Positions 19,050 through 27,759 of a DNA stretch of 35,502 bases are shown one piece after another. The position numbers and the translations under genes were made by a program. The first letter of the stretch is position 1. Each line of letters starts with the position of its first letter. This DNA comes from a virus (taxonomy: Duplodnaviria; Caudoviricetes): IMG/VR virus record IMGVR_UViG_3300005739_000402, positions 1 to 35,502 of that record; one strand, given 5' to 3'. The notes below the pieces were generated by a model. It was not told the origin of the DNA and did no database searches. It saw only the letters and a program-made list of their open reading frames with translations.

Positions 19050-19294
19050 GCAAGTTATTGACGGACAATGAATTAGATCGGGTATTGGATGCGGAGGCCG
19101 ATGCCCCTTTTGATGTGGACATTGCAAAGTATTTACGCTCTGTTTTTGCAAAGGAATCTTCATCTTTTTTAGCCTCCTTGGAGGATTATATTGCCCTGTC
19201 ATTGACCCCGTTTGCTAGCGATGAAACGATTGATCGGCTTACTTCGAGTAATCGCCGGGAAGACGTTGCACTCCCAAAGCCCTGGCCCCTGTAG
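19046..19294 (+). CDS. small acidic protein, candidate partner; possible -1 frameshift into the next ORF
   Basis: ATGA-coupled; C CCA AAG slippery site at 19273-19279. Confidence 0.6.
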   Translation: MSKLLTDNELDRVLDAEADAPFDVDIAKYLRSVFAKESSSFLASLEDYIALSLTPFASDETIDRLTSSNRREDVALPKPWPL

Positions 19295-19305
19295 AGGCTG
19301 AACGC

Positions 19306-20475
19306 TTGGTACTGCAAGCGGCAAAGGTCATCTACGGGGGGTTTGAGAACTGGGAAGTGCGGGGCATTCGCAACCTACGGTTAGGGGTGCCCTTGGGCGG
19401 GCTGACGGTGGAGGTGGTGACGGTTTCGGACGAGGGCGAGGTGCTGCGCCTGGAGGGGGTCTGGGATGGGACGCTGTGGACAGACACCCTAATCACTGAG
19501 AGCCGCGAAGATGCGGCAAAGAAAGGCGGCAAGGGTAAGCGCAAGGGGCGCACCGAGAAACCTAAATGCACCAAGGGCCGTGTCTGCGGGATGACCTGCA
19601 TTCGCCGATATAAAGCCAACGGAGAACCGACTGGTTGCCGTTTTGACCCGCCCCCGGTGATTGCAGAAGCGTTGAACCAAGCGGCGGCAATGGGTGGAAA
19701 AGGCGGTGGCGGTGATACGCCCACTAGCCTACCCAAAGACCATGTCGTGACCACCAACAAGCGCATCACAGCAGCGCGACTGGACAAAGCTTTGAATGCC
19801 ATTGATAGCCCTGGGGCCAAAGAACGGGTGAGGATGTTCCGTGCCTTTGTGGCAAAGACGGGGGTGCAAGCGGTGTTTGCCGACCCAGACGCGTCGTTGA
19901 CCGATCACCTGGCTGTGGTAGAGCGAGGGCTAAAAGACCAGCGCTATGCGGCGGAGGATGGTGGCCTACTGCGAAATACCAAGGCCGACCCAACAGCGGC
20001 GGGGTACACCACGTTTGTCTGGAACCATGTGGTGATTACGAGCGATTCGAGGGGAAGGGATGGGGCGTTTGTAGCATCTTCAGAAAAGCTGAGGCAAGCA
20101 GCGGATCGCATCTTTGAGGCCAATGCCGAGGACGAGTTAACGCGGGACGTTATGGCGTTCCCTTTTAGTGTTAGCGGATCGGTAAGGGATCGAGACTCTA
20201 GCGATATGATGACCTACATTCACGAAATGGGGCACCAAGTTCATGCCAAGGCAGGGCTTCCGGCTGTGCCCCTGACTATTAAGGGATCGGCTACCAACTA
20301 TGGTGCTGTCAATGAAGAGGAATGGTTTGCTGAGCACTTTGGCCTATGGATGTTGGATGGCCAAAGATACGAGCAGCTAGACCCAGCGGGGGCACAGTTT
20401 ATTCGAGATAGCTTAGTTAGAGCCACCGAAAACCCAGTGAGCGTTGATGAGTTGATCGCAAGGAGGAGAGCATGA
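19306..20475 (+). CDS. Cys4-motif head-module protein with zincin (HExxH) metallopeptidase domain
   Basis: KCTKGRVCGMTCI...C; YIHEMGHQVH and YGAVNEEEWFAEHF. Confidence 0.75.
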   Translation: MVLQAAKVIYGGFENWEVRGIRNLRLGVPLGGLTVEVVTVSDEGEVLRLEGVWDGTLWTDTLITESREDAAKKGGKGKRKGRTEKPKCTKGRVCGMTCIRRYKANGEPTGCRFDPPPVIAEALNQAAAMGGKGGGGDTPTSLPKDHVVTTNKRITAARLDKALNAIDSPGAKERVRMFRAFVAKTGVQAVFADPDASLTDHLAVVERGLKDQRYAAEDGGLLRNTKADPTAAGYTTFVWNHVVITSDSRGRDGAFVASSEKLRQAADRIFEANAEDELTRDVMAFPFSVSGSVRDRDSSDMMTYIHEMGHQVHAKAGLPAVPLTIKGSATNYGAVNEEEWFAEHFGLWMLDGQRYEQLDPAGAQFIRDSLVRATENPVSVDELIARRRA

Positions 20476-21605
20476 GAACCATTGGTAAGCCACAGTTTAG
20501 CAACCCCGCCACGGCAGCAGCCCATGAGATACTAGCCAAGGCCACAGGCACCGCAGCGGAATTAGCCACGATGCGCCGCATTGCGGAAGAAGCCAAAGGA
20601 GAGGCCCGATCACAAATTGGAAGTTTGATAGAAGCCTTCATCGTGCGGTTTGGGTTTCCCTCAGATGACGGCATAAGGGGCGATGCAGAACCCCTCCTTC
20701 CCGATGGCAATGGGCTAACCCGTGAGGAGGTATCGAGGATTGTGCGCGACCTTGAAACCCAAGAGCAGATCGATGCCTTTCTATCCACGGTGGTTTTGGA
20801 GGAGGCCGACGAGGAAACCCAAGCCACGGTAGATGCCCTGCTAAACGCTGCCCCAACTGAAGAGGACGGCATTGCCTTGCTGATGGGGTTGACGGTAACG
20901 GGCGCGGCGATGGTGGCACTATTCCTTGATGGCCGCTACCAAACCTTGACCGTGGATGTACCGCCAGGATGGGCTGACCTTGACCCCACAGAACGACGGG
21001 AGAGGGCCGCTAAAGCAATAGAAGGGGCCAAGCGTAGCCCAGTGGAGTTTGATGCCCTCGCAGAATACCGAGACGCCCTAGACGCCCATTACCGCATCGT
21101 GACCCGTGGCTATGGTGAAGCGCTGGCCAATGGGGACATTGACCTTGGGGAGTATCACCAATTGATGGTGGATGCGGTGATTGAGGCCCACACGGTGCAG
21201 CGACGGCTAGGGGAGGGGCCATTGACCCCGGAGGCCGTTGAAGAACTGCAAGCCACCTTAGACGAGCAGCTAGGCTACCTAGCGGACATGGTGGATCAGG
21301 TTGCGGCGGGTAGCCTGAGCGGTGCCCAGATTGCTGAGCGTAGTGGACGCTATGGGGCCAATGGTGGGCTGAGCTTTAACCAAGGGCTGGCGGCGGCGGC
21401 GTTTATTGCCGGGGCATCCTATGAGCAACGGTTCTTAGGGGCGTGTTCTCCCCATTGCGCAGACTGTGTGGACTATGCCGCACGGGGGCGGCAACCGATT
21501 GGGACGTTGCCTGCGCCACGAATGGCTTGCAGGTGTTTTCAGTCGTGCTGCTGTCGCCTTGAGTTCTTTACCCTTGGTGGGGCATCGTGGGGCTGGGTGG
21601 GTTAG
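20472..21605 (+). CDS. head morphogenesis protein (MuF/SPP1 gp7-like)
   Basis: C-terminal HCADC...LPAP..ACRC..SCCCRL cysteine pattern; lies between portal and protease. Confidence 0.65.
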   Translation: MRTIGKPQFSNPATAAAHEILAKATGTAAELATMRRIAEEAKGEARSQIGSLIEAFIVRFGFPSDDGIRGDAEPLLPDGNGLTREEVSRIVRDLETQEQIDAFLSTVVLEEADEETQATVDALLNAAPTEEDGIALLMGLTVTGAAMVALFLDGRYQTLTVDVPPGWADLDPTERRERAAKAIEGAKRSPVEFDALAEYRDALDAHYRIVTRGYGEALANGDIDLGEYHQLMVDAVIEAHTVQRRLGEGPLTPEAVEELQATLDEQLGYLADMVDQVAAGSLSGAQIAERSGRYGANGGLSFNQGLAAAAFIAGASYEQRFLGACSPHCADCVDYAARGRQPIGTLPAPRMACRCFQSCCCRLEFFTLGGASWGWVG

Positions 21606-21829
21606 ACGCGCCAGTAATTCATATCGACCCCTAACGAATCACTGAGCGGCCCTAGGGCTTCGCTGGGAATGTTGCCAGTGTATTGCCAATACTTCACCCG
21701 GTCGTAGGGATAGCCAACTTTTTCCGCCAGAACCGTGAGCGGCATGATGGGCACAAACTGGGCGCGTGCCTGCTGGAGCTTGACCCGGAAACGGTGGGAC
21801 GGGGTATCTATCACGGGTAAATTCTGCAC
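21602..21829 (-). CDS. Cro/XRE-like HTH protein
   Basis: LTVLAEKVGYPYDRVKYWQYTGNIP...LSDSLGV. Confidence 0.6.
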   Translation of the reverse strand: MQNLPVIDTPSHRFRVKLQQARAQFVPIMPLTVLAEKVGYPYDRVKYWQYTGNIPSEALGPLSDSLGVDMNYWRV

Positions 21830-21884
21830 ACCGTAGACTAATCCTTATCTTACCAGTCGCAGCCCATAGTAGACGGGGGTAGGC

Positions 21885-22928
21885 TTGGGGCAGATGCTAC
21901 GTGATAGCGCTGTGACTGTTTCCCTTGATTACGCTGAACCCTTAACGCTAGATACCAAGGCCGATGATGAGCGCTTGGTGTTGTTGGCCGTTAAAAGCAT
22001 TTATGAGCAAAGCAACTGGGAAGTTTTAGGCATTCGTAACCTGGTGGTGACGCTAGGGGAAAGCCTCTCGGTTGAGGTGGTGATTGAGAACGAAGACACC
22101 AAAGACCGGGTGATTGTCGCTGGGGACTATGACGCAGCGGCTAACCAATGGACAGACCGTTTGTTGTCTGAGTCTAAGGCCGATGAAGCCCTCGACCTTG
22201 ACGCATGGCGCATGGATAAGGGCAAGGGTAGCCGGGGAAAGCGGACAACGGCCCCAAAGTGTAATAAGGGCAGACCTTGCGGGATGTCTTGCATTGCCGG
22301 GAACCGGAACTGTCGAGTAAACCCCACGGGCGCGGCTGAGGAAGCGCTGAAGACGGTGGTTGGTGGTGGGGGCGGGGCGGGTAGCTCAAGCCGAGCGCCA
22401 ATCTTGGTTGACTTTACTTATCACACAAAGCCGACCAAAACCGTTTTTAACGACTTGCGGGACACGTGGCAAGACAACTATAAGGATAATTTTTGGTCAG
22501 ACGATAAAAACAAATCAAATCAAATAAAGGTTACTCAGAGAATACTGGCCGAACCAAATAAAGATGGACGCCTAAGAGAGATTAGAGATAGCGAAGGAAA
22601 TCTTCAGGCAGCAGCAATCATAACGCCATCGATCAATAGAATTAGAAGTCCTAATGACCATCTTCATGTTGACTGGTTAGCTACAGCACCGTGGAACTTG
22701 CCAGATAGTACAGACCATAGAAAGGTATCTGGAGCAGGAAGCGCAATGATAAGAGAGATTATCCAAGAAGCTAAAACAAATCTAGATAAATATCCTGGTG
22801 GAGTCCAGCTTGAATCGCTGCAAGCTGCTGTTCCTTTTTACAAAAAACTCGGATTTGATGTGCAAACCGAATTAAACAGCGTGTCTTATATGGTGCTAAG
22901 CGCAGACAAGATAAGGGGGATGAGATGA
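21885..22928 (+). CDS. Cys4-motif head-module protein with GNAT acetyltransferase domain
   Basis: KCNKGRPCGMSCIAGNRNC; LHVDWLATAPWN, SGAGSAMI and AVPFYKKLGF. Confidence 0.8.
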   Translation: MGQMLRDSAVTVSLDYAEPLTLDTKADDERLVLLAVKSIYEQSNWEVLGIRNLVVTLGESLSVEVVIENEDTKDRVIVAGDYDAAANQWTDRLLSESKADEALDLDAWRMDKGKGSRGKRTTAPKCNKGRPCGMSCIAGNRNCRVNPTGAAEEALKTVVGGGGGAGSSSRAPILVDFTYHTKPTKTVFNDLRDTWQDNYKDNFWSDDKNKSNQIKVTQRILAEPNKDGRLREIRDSEGNLQAAAIITPSINRIRSPNDHLHVDWLATAPWNLPDSTDHRKVSGAGSAMIREIIQEAKTNLDKYPGGVQLESLQAAVPFYKKLGFDVQTELNSVSYMVLSADKIRGMR

Positions 22929-24280
22929 AGACACTAGAAGAGCTAGAAAATGACGCTTTTGGTGTGCTTGCAGTTGTGCCCTCTAAAGCAAACTTAGACT
23001 CGGCACCCATGACCTCAATCCGCTTCGACCGTGCCCCCCTAGCCAACACCGAGCGCTTACCTGATGGACGCCTGCGGGTGAGGGCAACGTTTTCCCGTGT
23101 GGGGCCATTAAACTACCTTCGAGCCGACGGCACGATGCAAACCGAGATCGTGACCGCTGATGAGCTATTTCGGGAAGACTCGCTAGAGACAGCGGGCCTT
23201 GCCCCCGTTACCTTGGGCCATCCCCCCGATGGCATGGTGACACCGAAAACCTGGAAGAAATACGCCGTTGGGGCTAGTGGTTCTACCGTCATCGCCAACC
23301 GTGTGGATGGCTTGGTGGATGTCGTCTTTGTGATTGGTGATGAGGAAGCTATTGAGGCGGTGGAATCGGGCCGAGCCACTGAGGTGTCAGCAGGGTATAG
23401 CACCCTGGTTGAGCCCCGTGGAGATGGCAAGTTCTATCAAACCAATCGGCAGTATAACCACCTTGCCATCGTAGAACGGGGGCGGGCTGGGCCTGGGGTT
23501 CGCCTGCACCTCGACGCCGCTGAAGATTGGGCGGTGATGGCGGATGCCGTTGAGGTTGAAATCAAGGTTGAGCTTGAGGATGAACCGGAAGAAGGGGATG
23601 AAATCGAGATAGACCTTGAGGACGACAAAGTAAACACCGACAGCAAAGGAGGCTGTGATTGTATGCCAGGAATGAAATACAAAGGCATGGACATGGAAGA
23701 GGAAGTCTTCGATGCCTTTAAGGCGATGGAAGGCGAACTCGAAACCCTGAAGAAAGACATGAAGGGCATGATCCCTAAAAAGGATTCGGCCTATGAGGAA
23801 AAGGTGGATGCCCTCGCAGGGGAAAACGCTGGTCTACGGACTCGCGTTGCGGCCCTTGAGGCTGAGCTAGGCACTCGGATGGATGCCAGTGCAGTTGAAG
23901 AAGCTGCCCAGGCTCGCCTAGATGCCTACATGGAATGTCTACCCCTGCTGCCTGAGGGCGTGCGCTTTGATGCCACCCTAAGCCCCATTGAATGGCGCAA
24001 GGCGGCTATCGCAGCGGCTAACCCTAGCGTTGATCTGGAAGGCCGTAGCGACGACTTCGTGAACGGTATGTTCAGCACCATGCAGGTTGTCACCGCCAAG
24101 GCTGAGGCCAAGGTGGATGCTGCCAAGTCTGAGGGGTTTCGTCGCATCCTGGATTCAGCGGCTGTGGCGGGCCATAGCGGTAGCAGTACCGAAAGCCCGG
24201 AGGATCTGGCAGCTCGGCAAGATGCTGATGACATTGAAGCGATTAACAAAATCTTCGCCTTTAACGGAGGTGCGAACTAA
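22925..24280 (+). CDS. DUF2213-type prohead protease/scaffold
   Basis: PVTLGHP, EVSAGY and YNHLAIVERGRAG motifs; C-terminal coiled-coil scaffold. Confidence 0.88.
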   Translation: MKTLEELENDAFGVLAVVPSKANLDSAPMTSIRFDRAPLANTERLPDGRLRVRATFSRVGPLNYLRADGTMQTEIVTADELFREDSLETAGLAPVTLGHPPDGMVTPKTWKKYAVGASGSTVIANRVDGLVDVVFVIGDEEAIEAVESGRATEVSAGYSTLVEPRGDGKFYQTNRQYNHLAIVERGRAGPGVRLHLDAAEDWAVMADAVEVEIKVELEDEPEEGDEIEIDLEDDKVNTDSKGGCDCMPGMKYKGMDMEEEVFDAFKAMEGELETLKKDMKGMIPKKDSAYEEKVDALAGENAGLRTRVAALEAELGTRMDASAVEEAAQARLDAYMECLPLLPEGVRFDATLSPIEWRKAAIAAANPSVDLEGRSDDFVNGMFSTMQVVTAKAEAKVDAAKSEGFRRILDSAAVAGHSGSSTESPEDLAARQDADDIEAINKIFAFNGGAN

Positions 24281-24786
24281 TGGCAATCACGACTTACGAT
24301 GACATTTCCGCAGCGGGCCTAGTGGCTGGCCAGTTCTATACCAGTGTGGTGAACGGTGCCAAACTGACAGGCTACAACACCACGGGCAACGTTTTGGCGG
24401 CTGGCTTTGGTGCGGTGTGGACGGGCACGGGTAAGAACGTGGCCCTGCCCTCCGGCGCTGGCAACTTTGCGGGCATTCTGACCATTCCTACCGTTGAAGT
24501 TCGGGCAGACTATAGCCTAGACGCTAGTGACCGTTTTGGTTGGCCCGATGATTACGAGGTGGCCCTGGCAGTCACCGATATGTATGCCGTGTGGGTGGAT
24601 GACACCGTTGCCGTGGGCGATCCGGTGTACCTGAACCATACCGCTAGCACCTCGGTCGTTGGGGCATTCCGCAACGATACCAACAGCAACAACGCTCAGC
24701 TAATCACGGGGGCGCGTTTCATGTCGGCGGCGGTGGGCACTAGCTCCACCCTAGCGCTGGCCATTGTCAACCTCAGCGCTAACTAA
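24280..24786 (+). CDS. head decoration/cement protein
   Basis: Between protease and MCP; GFGAV...VAVGDPVY...GAFRN...ITGARF. Confidence 0.7.
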   Translation: MAITTYDDISAAGLVAGQFYTSVVNGAKLTGYNTTGNVLAAGFGAVWTGTGKNVALPSGAGNFAGILTIPTVEVRADYSLDASDRFGWPDDYEVALAVTDMYAVWVDDTVAVGDPVYLNHTASTSVVGAFRNDTNSNNAQLITGARFMSAAVGTSSTLALAIVNLSAN

Positions 24787-24800
24787 GGAGGATATCCACT

Positions 24801-25781
24801 ATGCCTACTGCTGGCACTTTTCAATACCGACAACTACAGCAGAAACTGCGGGGGGTGCTACGTCGCCGTCTGCGGGTTCAGCCCTTCTACGGTGGTGAGC
24901 TTATCCCCACCATGACCGACCTCACCCCCGGTACTCGCGAACTGGTGCAAGACCAGGTTCTAGAGTTTGGTGAAGCGGCCCTGATGGCCCCCGATGGCGA
25001 TGATATCCCCTTGGTGGAAATCAACGCGACTGAAAACACCTATCGGGTGGTGATGCCCGTGGCTGGCTATGCCGTGTCCTTCCAGGAGGAACTGGCAACC
25101 GAGGTGGCCCGTGGCAATGGGATGCAGTACAGCCCCCGCGATGTGAAGCTGACCGCCGCTACTCGCGTGATTGAGGAACGCTGCGCCAAGGTGGCTGCTG
25201 TGGGGTCTACCTCCCACGGGTTTACCGGACTGCTGAACAATGCGGCGATCACCCCCATCAACAGCAGCTTCGACCCGTTCGATGCAGGCTCTACCGCTGA
25301 CGATATTGCCGACTGGATTCTGTCTTTAATTGGGGATATTTTCTCGGCGTCGAATAACGTTGAGTACCCTAACACCATGCTGGTTTCCACCGCCCTAGGC
25401 AACCTGCTAGAGCGGCGTCGGATGCCGGACAGCGGCGATACGGTGCTGAGTTACATCATGCGAACTCAGGCGACCCGTGCTGCAATGAACGCAGGCCAAG
25501 GGCTGAAAAAGATTGTGCCCCTGGTGGAATGTGGTGCAACCTACCTGGAAGACAATGGCGTAGAGTCGAGCGGTACTAACAAAGACCGCATCGTTCTGTA
25601 CCCGATGGATCCTGAGGTGCTGGAGAAGCACATGATGTCTGGCGCGATTAACCTCTTCCCTGAGGACTGGGTTTTGAACAAAGGCGCTCGGAAGGTCTAC
25701 CCGATGTACTCGTTCATGTCGCAGACCATCATCAACTTCCCTGGTGCGTTCTCCTATGTCAAGCACAGTAAGGAGGCGTAG
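24801..25781 (+). CDS. major capsid protein (DUF2184-like, HK97 fold)
   Basis: AAGGAGG RBS; DDIPLVE, GFTGLLN and PNTML motifs; position in the head module. Confidence 0.85.
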   Translation: MPTAGTFQYRQLQQKLRGVLRRRLRVQPFYGGELIPTMTDLTPGTRELVQDQVLEFGEAALMAPDGDDIPLVEINATENTYRVVMPVAGYAVSFQEELATEVARGNGMQYSPRDVKLTAATRVIEERCAKVAAVGSTSHGFTGLLNNAAITPINSSFDPFDAGSTADDIADWILSLIGDIFSASNNVEYPNTMLVSTALGNLLERRRMPDSGDTVLSYIMRTQATRAAMNAGQGLKKIVPLVECGATYLEDNGVESSGTNKDRIVLYPMDPEVLEKHMMSGAINLFPEDWVLNKGARKVYPMYSFMSQTIINFPGAFSYVKHSKEA

Positions 25782-25788
25782 GAAGTAG

Positions 25789-26172
25789 ATGCCCATTGTG
25801 ATTTATAAGCCTGCCAACACTTACCCCCAACAGGCGGAGGGAAGCCAGGTGGGCTTTGATCGGCTACGGCTAAAGACTGGGGTAAACCATCTCACAGATG
25901 CCCAGTTTGCCGCCCTATCAAAGCACCCTGACTATCCCGCCTATGTGGCCCGTAAAGCGTTGGTAGTTCAGGAAGAAAAGGACGAAGTGGCGGTGATTCC
26001 CCTGACGGATATCCCCGCTAACCTGTCGGGGTATAACACCCAAGAGGCTGACGAAATCATTGACAATACCCACGATGTGGATATTCTCAAGCGTTGGCTA
26101 AAGGATGAAACCCGTGCCACAACCCGCCGCGATTTGACCCGCCGAATTAAAGACCTAGGAGGTGATCTCTAA
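25789..26172 (+). CDS. hypothetical head-associated protein
   Basis: Directly follows the MCP; LKRWLKDETR. Confidence 0.7.
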   Translation: MPIVIYKPANTYPQQAEGSQVGFDRLRLKTGVNHLTDAQFAALSKHPDYPAYVARKALVVQEEKDEVAVIPLTDIPANLSGYNTQEADEIIDNTHDVDILKRWLKDETRATTRRDLTRRIKDLGGDL

Positions 26173-26582
26173 TGACTGTAGCCATGCAACGAGTCATCCA
26201 AACGGATGCATCTAAGCGAGTCGCAGGGGCAACCATTACGGTTGCAGCGGTGAATGATGTCGCGAATACCTGTGCAGTTTCCATCCAGCTAACCGATGCC
26301 GCTGGGAATGACCTCGACTACCGTGGGGCGGTGCTGTTCTACCTAGGCGGTGCCAATGGTGACACCCTCAGCACAGCATCGACATCCTTGGCAATTGGCA
26401 CTGATGGCTTAATGATTGAGTACATCAGCAACAGCGCTGGTTTACTGGTTTCTGAAGCCGATGGCGACATTGATTTGGTAGTGGGCGGGGGCACGGGTGC
26501 CTATACGACCTACCTAAATATCGCCCTACCCTCTGGCGAGTTGCTGACCTCTAGTGCCATCGTATTCACAGCGGACGCATAA
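26172..26582 (+). CDS. hypothetical structural protein
   Basis: Operonic; beta-rich composition. Confidence 0.65.
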   Translation: MTVAMQRVIQTDASKRVAGATITVAAVNDVANTCAVSIQLTDAAGNDLDYRGAVLFYLGGANGDTLSTASTSLAIGTDGLMIEYISNSAGLLVSEADGDIDLVVGGGTGAYTTYLNIALPSGELLTSSAIVFTADA

Positions 26583-26585
26583 CCC

Positions 26586-26954
26586 ATGGCCGTTGACCTT
26601 GACCAGTTCCAGATCGACTTTCCGCAGTTCGCTAACACGGACACGGACTTGATTGAATCGGCCATTGCAACGGCCCTATTGATGGCGGGAGAGGCTGAGT
26701 GGGGAACCTTGGCAAACCGTGCCCAGTCTCTCCTAACCGCTCACATGCTGGCCCTTCAATCTCAGGCGGTGGCCACCGATGGCCGCAATACAGGCAACCT
26801 AACGGGCGTCTCGATACCGAGTGAGGTGAGTATGCAGTTCGCTCAAACCGCTAGTTTTGGCGGGAAAGGCGAGGAGGGGCTGAAGACCACCACCTACGGC
26901 CAAGAATTTTTGCAGCTTAGACAGTTTCGATTTTTACCCTTCAGGATTGTCTGA
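26586..26954 (+). CDS. head-to-tail adaptor (DUF4054-like)
   Basis: FQIDFPQF, LLTAHML and TTYGQEFLQL motifs. Confidence 0.8.
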   Translation: MAVDLDQFQIDFPQFANTDTDLIESAIATALLMAGEAEWGTLANRAQSLLTAHMLALQSQAVATDGRNTGNLTGVSIPSEVSMQFAQTASFGGKGEEGLKTTTYGQEFLQLRQFRFLPFRIV

Positions 26955-27301
26955 TGACTACCACTACTGTCGGCACCACTTTAACCACTATTGCTACCCT
27001 CGATACCGGACGCAGTGACCGGATCGGGGTTACCGTTACCAATGGGGACACGGCCTTCAATGCCTTTCAGCTACAGGGCACGATTGACGGCACGGCCTGG
27101 ATAGCGCTGGCCAGTGATGCGGGCGGGTTCTCTACTCCGCTGTTGCCCCTGCGCCGTTGCATTGGCACCACGGTAACGCTAGCGGGCGGTGCGGTGGCCA
27201 CACTATTGCTAGACGGGGGCTACTTCCGGCAGCTACGCCTGCAAGCCTCGGTCGCTAGCGGAACAAGCGTGGTGACGGTAGACGCTTGGACAAATCGCTA
27301 A
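26954..27301 (+). CDS. hypothetical structural protein
   Basis: TGATG-coupled; LQGTIDGTAW beta-sandwich-like pattern. Confidence 0.65.
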   Translation: MTTTTVGTTLTTIATLDTGRSDRIGVTVTNGDTAFNAFQLQGTIDGTAWIALASDAGGFSTPLLPLRRCIGTTVTLAGGAVATLLLDGGYFRQLRLQASVASGTSVVTVDAWTNR

Positions 27302-27305
27302 GCCT

Positions 27306-27584
27306 ATGGCCATGGATATCCCCCAGCCCCAGCCCAAGCCCCTACCGCTGAACGATGTTACCCAAATGATGTACGCCCGAAGGTGTATGGTGCATCACTT
27401 GCGGCGCTTGTTCCAGACTTACTATCTCGCCTGCGATGCGGATACCTTGGAAAGCTTTGCCTCGACCATCGCCAGCGCCATGCGTAGCGTTGAGGAGGAA
27501 ATCTATTACGATTGGAACGAACAGCCGGGGTTTGACCTCCCAGACGAAAGCGACGGCGGCGACGGTGAACCCGTTGGACGATAG
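27306..27584 (+). CDS. hypothetical protein
   Basis: 92-aa ORF ending before a terminator. Confidence 0.55.
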   Translation: MAMDIPQPQPKPLPLNDVTQMMYARRCMVHHLRRLFQTYYLACDADTLESFASTIASAMRSVEEEIYYDWNEQPGFDLPDESDGGDGEPVGR

Positions 27585-27617
27585 AATATGGCCAAAGCCA
27601 TTGAATCTACAGTGATC

Positions 27618-27646
27618 GCCCTCGGTTAATTCGAGGGCTTTTTCTT
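27618..27646 (+). terminator. intrinsic terminator
   Basis: GCCCTCG...CGAGGGC followed by TTTTTCTT. Confidence 0.8.
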
Positions 27647-27726
27647 GTGTGCCAGTAGGGTGTACCACTTATTTTCCAAAATTCTTGCCTTACCCCCTTG
27701 TAAAGTGCAGTCAAATGAGGCATTAT
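27647..27726 (+). promoter_or_regulatory. promoter cassette copy 1
   Basis: GTGTGCCAGT box, then TTGTAA-N17-CATTAT with conserved spacer GTGCAGTCAAATGAGG. Confidence 0.7.
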
Positions 27727-27759
27727 AAAGGGGTAAGCAATTACGCCGAGGACAAACCG

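Noticed and set aside
15232-25796. Numerous minus-strand ORFs in the track (e.g. 15569..16162, 19332..19820, 23437..23769)
   Set aside because: These are antisense shadows of well-supported plus-strand genes with low-complexity translations; only 21602..21829 was kept.
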